A stretch of DNA of 64,000 bases from positions 1,783-65,782 of the forward strand of contig JAZOBQ010000016.1 in assembly GCA_045596005.1 (NCBI GenBank), written 5' to 3'. The DNA comes from Oscillospiraceae bacterium (lineage in GTDB: Bacteria > Bacillota > Clostridia > Oscillospirales > Oscillospiraceae). This document shows, one piece after another, positions 11,364 through 18,637 of this stretch; position 1 is the stretch's first letter; every line of letters begins with the position of its first letter. The position numbers were made by a program, and so were the translations under genes. The notes beneath the pieces are model-generated. The model was given only the letters and a program-made list of their open reading frames with translations. It did not search any database and was not told the origin of the DNA.

Positions 11364-11915
11364 GCTCTCATTCGTTCGTAATTGTCTCGGGCGGATATAT
11401 GCTGCGGAGTATGCGGAGTAACATTTTAAATATTATATCGTGTTTTCGATACATCGGCAAGAGCATGCGCATTTTGGAAAAATAAAAGTATATATACGCG
11501 TTTATAACGCTTGGCTGATATATGCTGAAGCTTAGCTGAAAAAGGTCGTTACTAAAAGGGACGGGATTTTTCTGTTTGGGTAGGCGATATACGGAAAAGT
11601 GAGTAATAAAATGCAGGCATGAGAGTGCGGCGGAATGACATAGGCGTTTGGAGAGATATAAATGCAGAAAAGGTTGACATAAAAACAAAACCAGCATTTC
11701 GCTGAATAGTTGTTAAAATAACAATAGGAATGCATATCCTAAAGTCCTGCATATTTTGACATAAGGCAATTTTTTTTGTTATGAATGTTTGTATATTGGA
11801 AATGTTGGCTGTCAAAACAGAAAAATACGGGGAAATATGATGTTTACATAACGCATAAACACATTGTGATTTCCAACAAAAAACAGATATTTCCGAATTC
11901 TTTCATTTGGCTTTC

Positions 11916-11944
11916 TTGACTATGCAAAAGCAAATGGTTATTAT
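11916..11944 (+). promoter_or_regulatory. sigma-A-type promoter for the tannase-like gene
   Basis: TTGACT-N17-TATTAT read directly inside the 719-bp AT-rich gap. It implies a leader of roughly 130 nt before ATG 12083. Confidence 0.45.
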
Positions 11945-12082
11945 TATAGTTGTCCAAACGGTGGGCTCATACAGGGGCATATTTGTGCAAAATGTGCAAT
12001 CTGTGTCGGGAGATGACGATTTTGCAAATGCCTTGTGTTTGCCGCAGAGACACATTCAATAAAAAGGAATGGAGAATGAAGA

Positions 12083-15000
12083 ATGAAAGCTAAGAAACTG
12101 TTTGCACTTGTGCTTGTTCTGGCCATGGTCGTTTCTCTCGTACCTGCAGTTTATGCTGCCGAGACCGATCCCCTGAGCATCGCAGATGCAAAGGTCACCG
12201 TCCTGACCCCCAAAGTCGACGGTAAGGACCTCATCGTTACCAAGTATGAGGACACCTATTGCGCAAGCCCCAACCGCCCTGCTGATCAGCAGATAGCACT
12301 TTTTGTTCCTGAAACTGCAACCGCCGATTCCCCCATTATTTACATGGTCGATAACTCCGGCTGGCGCAGCGATGCTTATGCAGATGTTAAGAATACCGTT
12401 GCCAGCTACGGCAAGGAAATGCAGACCCTGCCTCCCTTCCAGGGCGGCGGCACCGTTGAGGTACAGGTAGGCGACTACAAGACCGGCGAAAATGACCGCA
12501 TCGGCGAGTGCCTTGCAAATGGCTACATCATCATGGTAGCAGGTCTCCGCAGCCGCGCTGACGGCCTGACCGGCGAGGAGTATCTCGGCCATTCTCCCGC
12601 AACCATGACCGATGCCAAGGCTGCTATCCGCTTTGTCAAGTACAATGCAGATGCTCTGCCCGCAGGTAACACCGACCGCATCGTAATCACCGGCACCTCC
12701 GGCGGCGGCGCTCTGAGCGTTGTCACCGCTGCATCCGGTAACTCCGCAGACTACTACGAGTCCCTCTATGAGATCGGCGCAGCCGGCATCGTGAAGAATG
12801 CCGACGGCAGCTACAGCGACACCCTTTCCGACGATATCTGGGCAACCATCGCTTACTGCCCCATCACCGACCTCGGCAATGCCTGCGCAGCCTATGAGTG
12901 GCAGTGGGCAGACGCACGTATCGCTCTCATCGAGAGCGGCGCTGACCTCGGCAGCGGCTTCATGGCTCCCAAGTATCCCGCAGCAGAGACCATGGCTGAG
13001 GCTACCGAATACCTCATTGCACGCTATGAGGCATATCTCGATTCTCTCGGACTCGAGACCGTTTCCGCAGCAAACCTCGAAGAAACCATCATCAAGCACA
13101 TGACTGCCGAGATCGAAGAGTCCATCAAGGAAATCGGCGTTGAGCAGATGAAGGCTGACCTCAAGGGCGCTGACTGGCTCGTATTCAACGAGGACGGCAC
13201 CTACACTTATGATTATGAAAAGCATGTCAACTGGGTCGGCACCCAGACTGCTTTCAAGGCTCCCTCTGCTTTCTCCAACGTTGGTATGAAGGCATGGGCA
13301 GGCAACATGAACGAAGACGACCTCTTCGGCAGCCGCAGTGATGCTTACAGCCCCTTCAACGCATATGCATGGGAGCATGACGATACCGATAACGAAGTTG
13401 GTATGGACGACACCGGCCTGACCTGGGACGAGTACATGGCAACCGCAGAAGGCAAGGCTCTTGCAAAGCAGATCAAGATGACCAGCCCCATCCAGTATCT
13501 CCAGAGCGAGACCGACGGCGATTCCGCTCCCAACTGGTACGTCCGCTACGGTATGGCTGACCGCGACAGCTCCTTCGCTGTTGAGGCAGTTCTGAACGCA
13601 GCTCTCGACGCCGACAAGTCCATCGAGGACAAGACCTTCGAGTACGCATGGCTGAAGGGTCACGCCGGCGACTACGACGTTCAGGAAGCTTACGCATGGC
13701 TCGCTGAGCAGCTTGCTGAGGACACCGATCCTCTGAGCTTCGCTGACGCAAAGAAGACCGTTCTTACTCCCAAGCTCGACGGCAAGGACATCACCGTTAC
13801 CATGTACGAAGATGTCTACTGCGCATCTCCCAACCGCGTACAGGATCAGAAGATCGCTGTTTATGTTCCCGACAACGCAACCGCATCCTCTCCCATTATT
13901 TTCATGGTCAACAACGGCGGCTGGCAGTCCAACTCCTACTCCGGACGCAACGGCGTTGACACCTATGGCTGGGTCGAAGAGACCAAGCGCGGCGAGACCA
14001 AGCTTGTCCTGAAGGGCAACTATGTCTCCACCTCCGACTCCGATGCAGTCGGCAAGGCTCTCAGCGAGGGTTATGTTATCGTTTCCTGCGGTGCACGCAG
14101 CCGCAACAACGGTGCTACCGATGGCCTCTACCTCGGCCACAGCCCTGCAACCATGACCGATACCAAGGCTGCATTCCGCTATCTGCGTTACAATGCTGAC
14201 CTGCTGCCTGCAGGCGATCCCGAGAAGATCGTTGTCACCGGCACTTCCGGCGGCGGCGCTCTGAGCGTAGTTCTCTCCGCTTCCGGTGACAGCGCTGACT
14301 ACTTCGAGTCCCTCTACGAGATCGGTGCAGCCGGTATCGAAAAGAAGGCAGACGGCAGCTACGTTTCCACCATTTCCGACGCCATCTGGGGTACCATCGC
14401 ATACTGCCCCATCACTGACTTCGCAAGCGCATGCGCAGCTTATGAGTGGACTTGGGGCGCTGCCCGTACCGCTCTTATGGAAGCAGGCGCTAAGGGTTAT
14501 GATTACGCAGGCATCAGCGCTGATGAGCAGAACGCTGCATCCGCTGAACTGAAGGCCAGCTTCGAAGAGTATCTTGATGCTCTCGGCATCGGCGTCACCT
14601 CCGATACCATGGAAGATGCTATCATCGAACTCATGGAGAAGGAAATTGCCGAGTCCATCAAGGAGTTCGGCGTTGCAAAGATGAAGAAGGATCTCGGCGA
14701 CTATGACTGGCTCGTTATCAACGACGACGGCAGCTTCACCTATAACTATGAGAAGCATGTTCTCGCAACCGGTATGGAATCCACCTTCAAGGCAGCTTCT
14801 GCATTCTCCAACTACGGCCTGTACCTTGACGAACAGGAACAGCGCAACGAGGACAACCTCTTCGGCACTGTAAACGATGACTACAGCCCCTTCAACGAGT
14901 ATGCATGGAACAACGACAAGAGAGAAAACGAGGTCGGTAAGGACGACACCGGCAAGACCTGGGACGAGTACATGGCAACTGCCGAAGGCAAGGCTCTTGC

Positions 15001-15667
15001 AAAGCAGCTCAAGATGACCAGCCCCATTGAGTACCTGCTGAGCGAGACCGACGGCACCTCCGCTCCCAACTGGTACGTACGCTACGGTATGTATGACCGC
15101 GACAGCTCCTGGGCAATCGAGACCATGCTGTACTACACCATCCTCGAAGACAAGTCCATTGAGGACATCGATTTCGAGTTCGCATGGCTGAAGGGTCACT
15201 CCGGCAACTATGATGTTCAGGAAGCCTACGCATGGCTGGCTGAGAAGGTCGGCAACAGCGCTCCCGTTGCCACCAACCAGAACATCACCGTTGACGGCAA
15301 GGTCGTTAAGCCTGAGGCTTACAACGTAGGCGGCGAGAACTATTTCAAGCTCCGCGACATCGCTTACCTGCTCAACGGCACCGACGCTCAGTTCTCCGTT
15401 GATTACATCGACGCTGCACGCGCAGTCTATGTCGTCACCGGCGAAGCTTACAAGGCCATCGGCGGCGAGATGGAGAAGGGCGCAGACAAGTCCGCAAGCT
15501 GCGTACTCAGCACCCAGTCCGTCATCATCGATGCTCTTGCATCCAACATCAAGGCTTATAACTTCGGCGGCAACAACTACTTCCGTCTCAGAGACCTCGG
15601 CGATGCTCTCGGCTTCTCCGTTGACTATGACGATGCTACCCGCACCGTTATCATCGAGACCAAGTAA
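12083..15667 (+). CDS. secreted protein with two tandem tannase-like (tannin acyl hydrolase, subtype-B-like) modules and a C-terminal copper-amine-oxidase-N-like stalk domain
   Basis: 1194 aa. Signal peptide MKAKKLFALVLVLAMVVSLVPAVYA/AE, with GGAG 8 nt upstream. Each module carries 'HSPATMTD.KAA.R...YNAD..PAG....IV.TGTSGGGALS', 'AYCPITD...CAAYEW', 'WYVRYGM.DRDSS' and 'WLKGH.G.YDV'. From memory these match the Ser, Asp and His regions of Lactobacillus plantarum-type tannase. The C-terminal ~135 aa has two 'GG.NYF.LRD' stalk repeats. Confidence 0.85.
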   Translation: MKAKKLFALVLVLAMVVSLVPAVYAAETDPLSIADAKVTVLTPKVDGKDLIVTKYEDTYCASPNRPADQQIALFVPETATADSPIIYMVDNSGWRSDAYADVKNTVASYGKEMQTLPPFQGGGTVEVQVGDYKTGENDRIGECLANGYIIMVAGLRSRADGLTGEEYLGHSPATMTDAKAAIRFVKYNADALPAGNTDRIVITGTSGGGALSVVTAASGNSADYYESLYEIGAAGIVKNADGSYSDTLSDDIWATIAYCPITDLGNACAAYEWQWADARIALIESGADLGSGFMAPKYPAAETMAEATEYLIARYEAYLDSLGLETVSAANLEETIIKHMTAEIEESIKEIGVEQMKADLKGADWLVFNEDGTYTYDYEKHVNWVGTQTAFKAPSAFSNVGMKAWAGNMNEDDLFGSRSDAYSPFNAYAWEHDDTDNEVGMDDTGLTWDEYMATAEGKALAKQIKMTSPIQYLQSETDGDSAPNWYVRYGMADRDSSFAVEAVLNAALDADKSIEDKTFEYAWLKGHAGDYDVQEAYAWLAEQLAEDTDPLSFADAKKTVLTPKLDGKDITVTMYEDVYCASPNRVQDQKIAVYVPDNATASSPIIFMVNNGGWQSNSYSGRNGVDTYGWVEETKRGETKLVLKGNYVSTSDSDAVGKALSEGYVIVSCGARSRNNGATDGLYLGHSPATMTDTKAAFRYLRYNADLLPAGDPEKIVVTGTSGGGALSVVLSASGDSADYFESLYEIGAAGIEKKADGSYVSTISDAIWGTIAYCPITDFASACAAYEWTWGAARTALMEAGAKGYDYAGISADEQNAASAELKASFEEYLDALGIGVTSDTMEDAIIELMEKEIAESIKEFGVAKMKKDLGDYDWLVINDDGSFTYNYEKHVLATGMESTFKAASAFSNYGLYLDEQEQRNEDNLFGTVNDDYSPFNEYAWNNDKRENEVGKDDTGKTWDEYMATAEGKALAKQLKMTSPIEYLLSETDGTSAPNWYVRYGMYDRDSSWAIETMLYYTILEDKSIEDIDFEFAWLKGHSGNYDVQEAYAWLAEKVGNSAPVATNQNITVDGKVVKPEAYNVGGENYFKLRDIAYLLNGTDAQFSVDYIDAARAVYVVTGEAYKAIGGEMEKGADKSASCVLSTQSVIIDALASNIKAYNFGGNNYFRLRDLGDALGFSVDYDDATRTVIIETK
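12161..15250 (+). repeat. in-frame tandem duplication of the ~510-aa tannase-like module (12161-13720 and 13721-15250)
   Basis: The two halves align end to end, e.g. ETDPLSIADAKVTVLTPKVDGKDLIVTKYEDTYCASPNR vs DTDPLSFADAKKTVLTPKLDGKDITVTMYEDVYCASPNR. The DNA copies are clearly diverged by eye, so the duplication is old. Confidence 0.85.
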
Positions 15668-15743
15668 GCTGCGATAAACCAGAAGTTGAGAATGAAGGCA
15701 CATAAAGGCTTTGATTCCCGGCTTTGATACAATATAATAATGG

Positions 15744-15785
15744 CTCCGCCCTACGGCATCGCGCTGTGGGGTGGAGTTTTTGTTT
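15744..15785 (+). terminator. Rho-independent terminator of the tannase-like gene
   Basis: Stem CTCCGCCC (15744-15751) pairs with GGGTGGAG (15769-15776) with one G-U pair, followed by TTTTTGTTT. Confidence 0.55.
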
Positions 15786-15790
15786 CAAAA

Positions 15791-15830
15791 AAACCGGCTA
15801 AGCTTCCCGTGTGGGCGGCTTAGCCGGTTT
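15791..15830. terminator. bidirectional terminator between the tannase gene and the radical SAM gene
   Basis: Perfect stem CCGGCTAAGC (15794-15803) / GCTTAGCCGG (15818-15827). An A-run lies upstream and a T-run downstream. It sits between convergent genes. Confidence 0.7.
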
Positions 15831-15846
15831 TGTGTTTGTAATGGTT

Positions 15847-16845
15847 TTATATCGCACCGGAGAGGGGGCAAGCATCGCTGCCGAAGCGGAAATGACCATC
15901 CGATGAATCGTTCAGCGCCGGACAGGGGCGGCAGTAATTGCAAAGCCTGCAATCTGCACAGGGATTATCTTTTGCCTGATCTTCGGCCTGCCTGAGCTGA
16001 CGCAGAATTTCCGAGCGTGTCCAGTATTCTTCTGCGCTTGACCATTTCTCAGGATAGTTCAAGTGGCGGCAGGGTGTGAACTGACCGTCCACATCTATGC
16101 AATAGCTGCACAATGCGGCTGTGCAGCCTTTGTAAAGACCGCGGTTAGTATTTCCCCAGAGCTTATTGTCGCAGCTGAGAGCCAGCAGTGAGGAAAAACA
16201 ATGCTGGATTATCAGCTCCACATTTCCGTGGCTGCGTTTCGCAAGACCTGCGACATATTTCATTTGTTCAAGTGTCGGATAGGTATCCAGTTTACCTTCG
16301 GATGTGGGTTTGGGGTCGATGATAATTATGCCGCCGACCTCATATTTTTGAGCCAGAGCGATCATATCGGGAAGCTTCGCCACAGAGTTTCTGTGCATGA
16401 CCCAGTTTATCATTGTGTTTGGAAACTGCTTTTTCTGTAAAAGCTCCAAAGCATCGATCGCATATTGATATCCGTCGCGTGTTTCTGCGTTGTCCGTTTC
16501 GGTAGGACCGTTGAGCGAGACGCAGATCATATCGATGCCGGCACTTACGAGTTTGTCGAGAGCCTCTTCGTCAAAGTGCCAGCCGGAAATGGCAATGCTG
16601 GGCGCGATGCCAAGGCGGCGCGCCGCGGCAACGACCTCGTAAAGATGCGGATAGCACATGGTTTCTCCTCCGCTGAGTTCCACATGCTCCACGCCGAGAC
16701 GGGCAGCTTCTTCCAGCGCTTTTATCGCTGCCTCCGCGGGAATGTCCTTTCCGCCCTCCAGAGTGCAGTAACATTGTGGGCAGCGGAGGGGGCAGCGCGT
16801 GGTAAGTTCGATGTTTATTCCGTTTGGGATATACTCAATGCTCAT
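15847..16845 (-). CDS. radical SAM / SPASM-domain peptide-modifying enzyme
   Basis: 332 aa. CPLRCPQC (CxxxCxxC) at residues 18-25, 'ELSGGE' SAM motif and a C-terminal Cys-rich SPASM-like region ('CTAALCSYCIDVDGQFTPC', 'CADCRLCNYCRPCP'). GAGGTG RBS 8 nt upstream. Immediately downstream of two precursor genes. No N-terminal extension that could hold an RRE. Confidence 0.9.
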   Translation of the reverse strand: MSIEYIPNGINIELTTRCPLRCPQCYCTLEGGKDIPAEAAIKALEEAARLGVEHVELSGGETMCYPHLYEVVAAARRLGIAPSIAISGWHFDEEALDKLVSAGIDMICVSLNGPTETDNAETRDGYQYAIDALELLQKKQFPNTMINWVMHRNSVAKLPDMIALAQKYEVGGIIIIDPKPTSEGKLDTYPTLEQMKYVAGLAKRSHGNVELIIQHCFSSLLALSCDNKLWGNTNRGLYKGCTAALCSYCIDVDGQFTPCRHLNYPEKWSSAEEYWTRSEILRQLRQAEDQAKDNPCADCRLCNYCRPCPALNDSSDGHFRFGSDACPLSGAI

Positions 16846-16865
16846 TTTTTTCCACCTCTACCATT

Positions 16866-16892
16866 GAGAGCTGCCCACATCGGGCAGCTCTC
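16866..16892 (-). promoter_or_regulatory. intercistronic stem-loop between precursor genes and the radical SAM gene
   Basis: Perfect 11-bp stem GAGAGCTGCCC (16866-16876) / GGGCAGCTCTC (16882-16892) with a 5-nt loop, in the 62-nt gap. No U-tract follows on the minus strand. Confidence 0.6.
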
Positions 16893-16907
16893 AGATGCAT
16901 ATATCTC

Positions 16908-17225
16908 TTAGCGGCTCTTATACCACTTGTAGATGGCGAGACCGGCACCGCCGATAGCGATGGCTGCCTTTGCCACTGCCCATGCGGTAGCGGTGACGGC
17001 AACGCCGCCGCTTACGTCCTCGAGCGCGTTCTCGTCAAGCTCGTCGCCGGGATTAGTGAGCTGATCGAGTGCACGGCCGATTTCGAGTACTTCTTCCAGA
17101 GTGAACTCAACGCCGTTTTCGGCAAAGAGACTGCGAACGGCCTCGGGATTTTCCTGAGCGAGCATTTTTTCAACAAAAGCCTTGTCTTCCATGAGCTTGG
17201 ACAAAACTGCATTTTCAATAGCCAT
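16908..17225 (-). CDS. precursor peptide P1: Nif11-like leader, double-glycine site, 31-aa Cys-free hydrophobic/cationic core
   Basis: 105 aa. The leader '..EDKAFVEKMLAQENPEAVRSLFAENGVEFTLEEV..DELDENALEDVSGG' has Nif11-type shape, with hydrophobics at -4/-7/-12 from GG. Core: VAVTATAWAVAKAAIAIGGAGLAIYKWYKSR. GGAGG RBS upstream. Confidence 0.85.
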   Translation of the reverse strand: MAIENAVLSKLMEDKAFVEKMLAQENPEAVRSLFAENGVEFTLEEVLEIGRALDQLTNPGDELDENALEDVSGGVAVTATAWAVAKAAIAIGGAGLAIYKWYKSR

Positions 17226-17260
17226 ATTATATATCCTCCCCTGATTTTTTTCTTGAAGTT

Positions 17261-17581
17261 TTACCAGATGGTCTTTTTGCCGGCGGCTTTTCTGGCCTTG
17301 TTGACCTCTGCCATCGTGTTGGCGAACAGGGCAACACCGGAAGCGACGATAGCGATCTCTGCCAGCAGACCGCCGGAAACGCCTTCGAGTGCGGCTTCGG
17401 AAAGCTCGTCTTCGTTTCCGCCGATAACCATTTCGGCGATCTGGTTGATCTGCTCAAGTGTGAAGTCCACACCCTTATCGGCGAATGAGCTCTGCACGTC
17501 TTCGGGATCTTCCATAGCTGCGATGGCGGCAACGAAATCCTTGTCGCCCATCAGGTCTTTTATCTTGTTGATGTTTTCCAT
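17261..17581 (-). CDS. precursor peptide P2: Nif11-like leader, double-glycine site, 35-aa Cys-free core
   Basis: ORF 17261..17833 trimmed to ATG 17581 (AAGGA 8 nt upstream), giving 106 aa. Leader 'MENINKIKDLMGDKDFVAAIAAMEDPEDVQSSFADKGVDFTLEQI..DELSEAALEGVSGG'. Core LLAEIAIVASGVALFANTMAEVNKARKAAGKKTIW. Confidence 0.85.
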   Translation of the reverse strand: MENINKIKDLMGDKDFVAAIAAMEDPEDVQSSFADKGVDFTLEQINQIAEMVIGGNEDELSEAALEGVSGGLLAEIAIVASGVALFANTMAEVNKARKAAGKKTIW

Positions 17582-17586
17582 ATCAT

Positions 17587-17745
17587 TTATCCTTTCTTTT
17601 TGTTTATTATCAATGCCAGTACAAGGCCGGCCACGAGTCCCAGTATGGTGAAGATGAACGAGGTCCCGGCAAGATAGTCTATAACAATGCCGACCACGCC
17701 GCCGATCAGTATGTCGGAGATGAAGCTTAAAGTTTTGATTTTCAT
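17587..17745 (-). CDS. 52-aa two-TM small membrane protein (AtpZ/AtpI-like pattern); candidate immunity or accessory protein
   Basis: Below the ORF-track size cutoff; translated by hand. AAAGGAGG lies 6 nt upstream of ATG 17745. Product: MKIKTLSFISDILIGGVVGIVIDYLAGTSFIFTILGLVAGLVLALIINKKKG, with stop TAA at 17587-17589. It ends 5 nt before the P2 start. Confidence 0.6.
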   Translation of the reverse strand: MKIKTLSFISDILIGGVVGIVIDYLAGTSFIFTILGLVAGLVLALIINKKKG

Positions 17746-17801
17746 GCTGCGTCCTCCTTTCCGCGTTGCTTCGGACTTCTGTTGTCCTGCTTTCTGACAT
17801 C

Positions 17802-17830
17802 TTATACACGGCTACGGAGGAGATGTTACA
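17802..17830 (-). promoter_or_regulatory. island promoter motif copy A (TGTAAC-N15-GTGTATAA)
   Basis: The minus strand reads TGTAAC ATCTCCTCCGTAGCC GTGTATAA. It lies in the gap between the PP2C stop (17844) and the small membrane ORF (17745). Confidence 0.5.
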
Positions 17831-17843
17831 CAAAAATCAAAAT

Positions 17844-18548
17844 TTATTTTGCAATGATACAGACGGCGGTATTGTTGTCCTGCTTCGGGTCAGCGGCGGC
17901 GAGGACTATTCGGCGCATCGAATCGAGCCATTCGCCCGCTGTGGAGGTCTCGGCAAGAGTGCGGAGCATGTCGTCCTCCGTTACCGGCTCCCAGAAACCG
18001 TCCGAGCAAAGCAGGAATCTGTCGCCGGGGAGTACGGACAGCTCGGTGCTGTCTATCTTCGGTTTTTCGCCGACTTCACCCAACACGCGGAAAACTTTGT
18101 TTCTGTCCTTGTGATGGCGGAGCGCATCGGGGGGCAGCTCACCAAGCCTTACGGCCATTTGTACAAGGCTGTGGTCGACGGACTGAAATATTATCTCACC
18201 GCCGCGAAACTGGTAGATCCTGCTGTCGCCGACATGGGCAGCTACAGCCGAGCCCTCTTTTAACCACAGCGCCGCAAGGGTCGTGTGGGCAAAGGCAGTC
18301 TTGGCACAGATGACATCGCTCGCGTTCAGTATGGCGTAGAGAAGCTCATCCTCATCGAAATCCTTGCCGTCAACAAAATCTGTGATTTCATCGACGGCGA
18401 GCTGCGAGGCGATCTCGCCACCGGCGTGTCCGCCGAGACCGTCGGCCACTATGGCGAGCAGGGCAGAGCCTGACGCGCTCACTCCGAGGGAGTCTTCGTT
18501 GTTGCCGCGTTTTCCAATATCGGTATATACGGAGTACTGATAATCCAT
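17844..18548 (-). CDS. PP2C-family Ser/Thr phosphatase
   Basis: ORF 17844..18560 (alternative GTG start) trimmed to ATG 18548 (MDYQYSVYTDIGKRGNNEDS). Contains 'AIVADGLGGHAGGEIAS' and 'LLCSDG' PP2C motifs. Confidence 0.85.
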   Translation of the reverse strand: MDYQYSVYTDIGKRGNNEDSLGVSASGSALLAIVADGLGGHAGGEIASQLAVDEITDFVDGKDFDEDELLYAILNASDVICAKTAFAHTTLAALWLKEGSAVAAHVGDSRIYQFRGGEIIFQSVDHSLVQMAVRLGELPPDALRHHKDRNKVFRVLGEVGEKPKIDSTELSVLPGDRFLLCSDGFWEPVTEDDMLRTLAETSTAGEWLDSMRRIVLAAADPKQDNNTAVCIIAK

Positions 18549-18585
18549 GGACGAGATCACATCCTTGCGTTTGAAATCATCATTA

Positions 18586-18614
18586 CATACACGGCTTAAT
18601 GATCGTTTGTTACA
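18586..18614 (-). promoter_or_regulatory. island promoter motif copy D (TGTAAC-N16-GTGTATG)
   Basis: The minus strand reads TGTAAC AAACGATCATTAAGCC GTGTATG. It lies between the LRR lipoprotein stop (18638) and the PP2C start. The spacer is 1 nt longer than in the other copies. Confidence 0.4.
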
Positions 18615-18637
18615 TAAAGAAAGTATGCGGAAAAGTG

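Noticed and set aside
11368-12126. Several 60-109-aa ORFs in the AT-rich gap upstream of the tannase gene
   Set aside because: They have low-complexity Phe/Ile/Tyr/Asn-rich products, overlap one another on one strand and have no RBS. This is the pattern expected from AT-rich non-coding DNA.
12056-15703. 1215-aa stop-free ORF on the minus strand, covering the entire tannase-like gene
   Set aside because: It is the exact codon-for-codon antisense frame of the plus-strand gene, so it only shows that the real gene contains no TTA, CTA or TCA codons. Its product is a Val/Ala/Gly/Cys/Asp-rich sequence with no domains, no RBS and no signal. The plus-strand product has a signal peptide, catalytic motifs and an internal duplication.
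15847-17581. Calling the first locus a sactipeptide or ranthipeptide cluster because of the rSAM/SPASM gene
   Set aside because: P1 and P2 contain no cysteine at all, so thioether crosslinks are impossible. The class is left open (see findings).
17582-17833. N-terminal extensions proposed by the ORF track for P2 (17261..17833). Also for P3 (to 39472), the sigma factor (to 28408), GH3 (to 6639), the TM protein (from 33692), GH78 (from 55930) and kinase 2 (from 36780)
   Set aside because: The extensions run through upstream genes, promoters or terminators. They encode Arg/Cys/His-rich junk and lack RBSs. Internal ATG, GTG or TTG starts with GGAGG-type RBSs give products that begin like their families.
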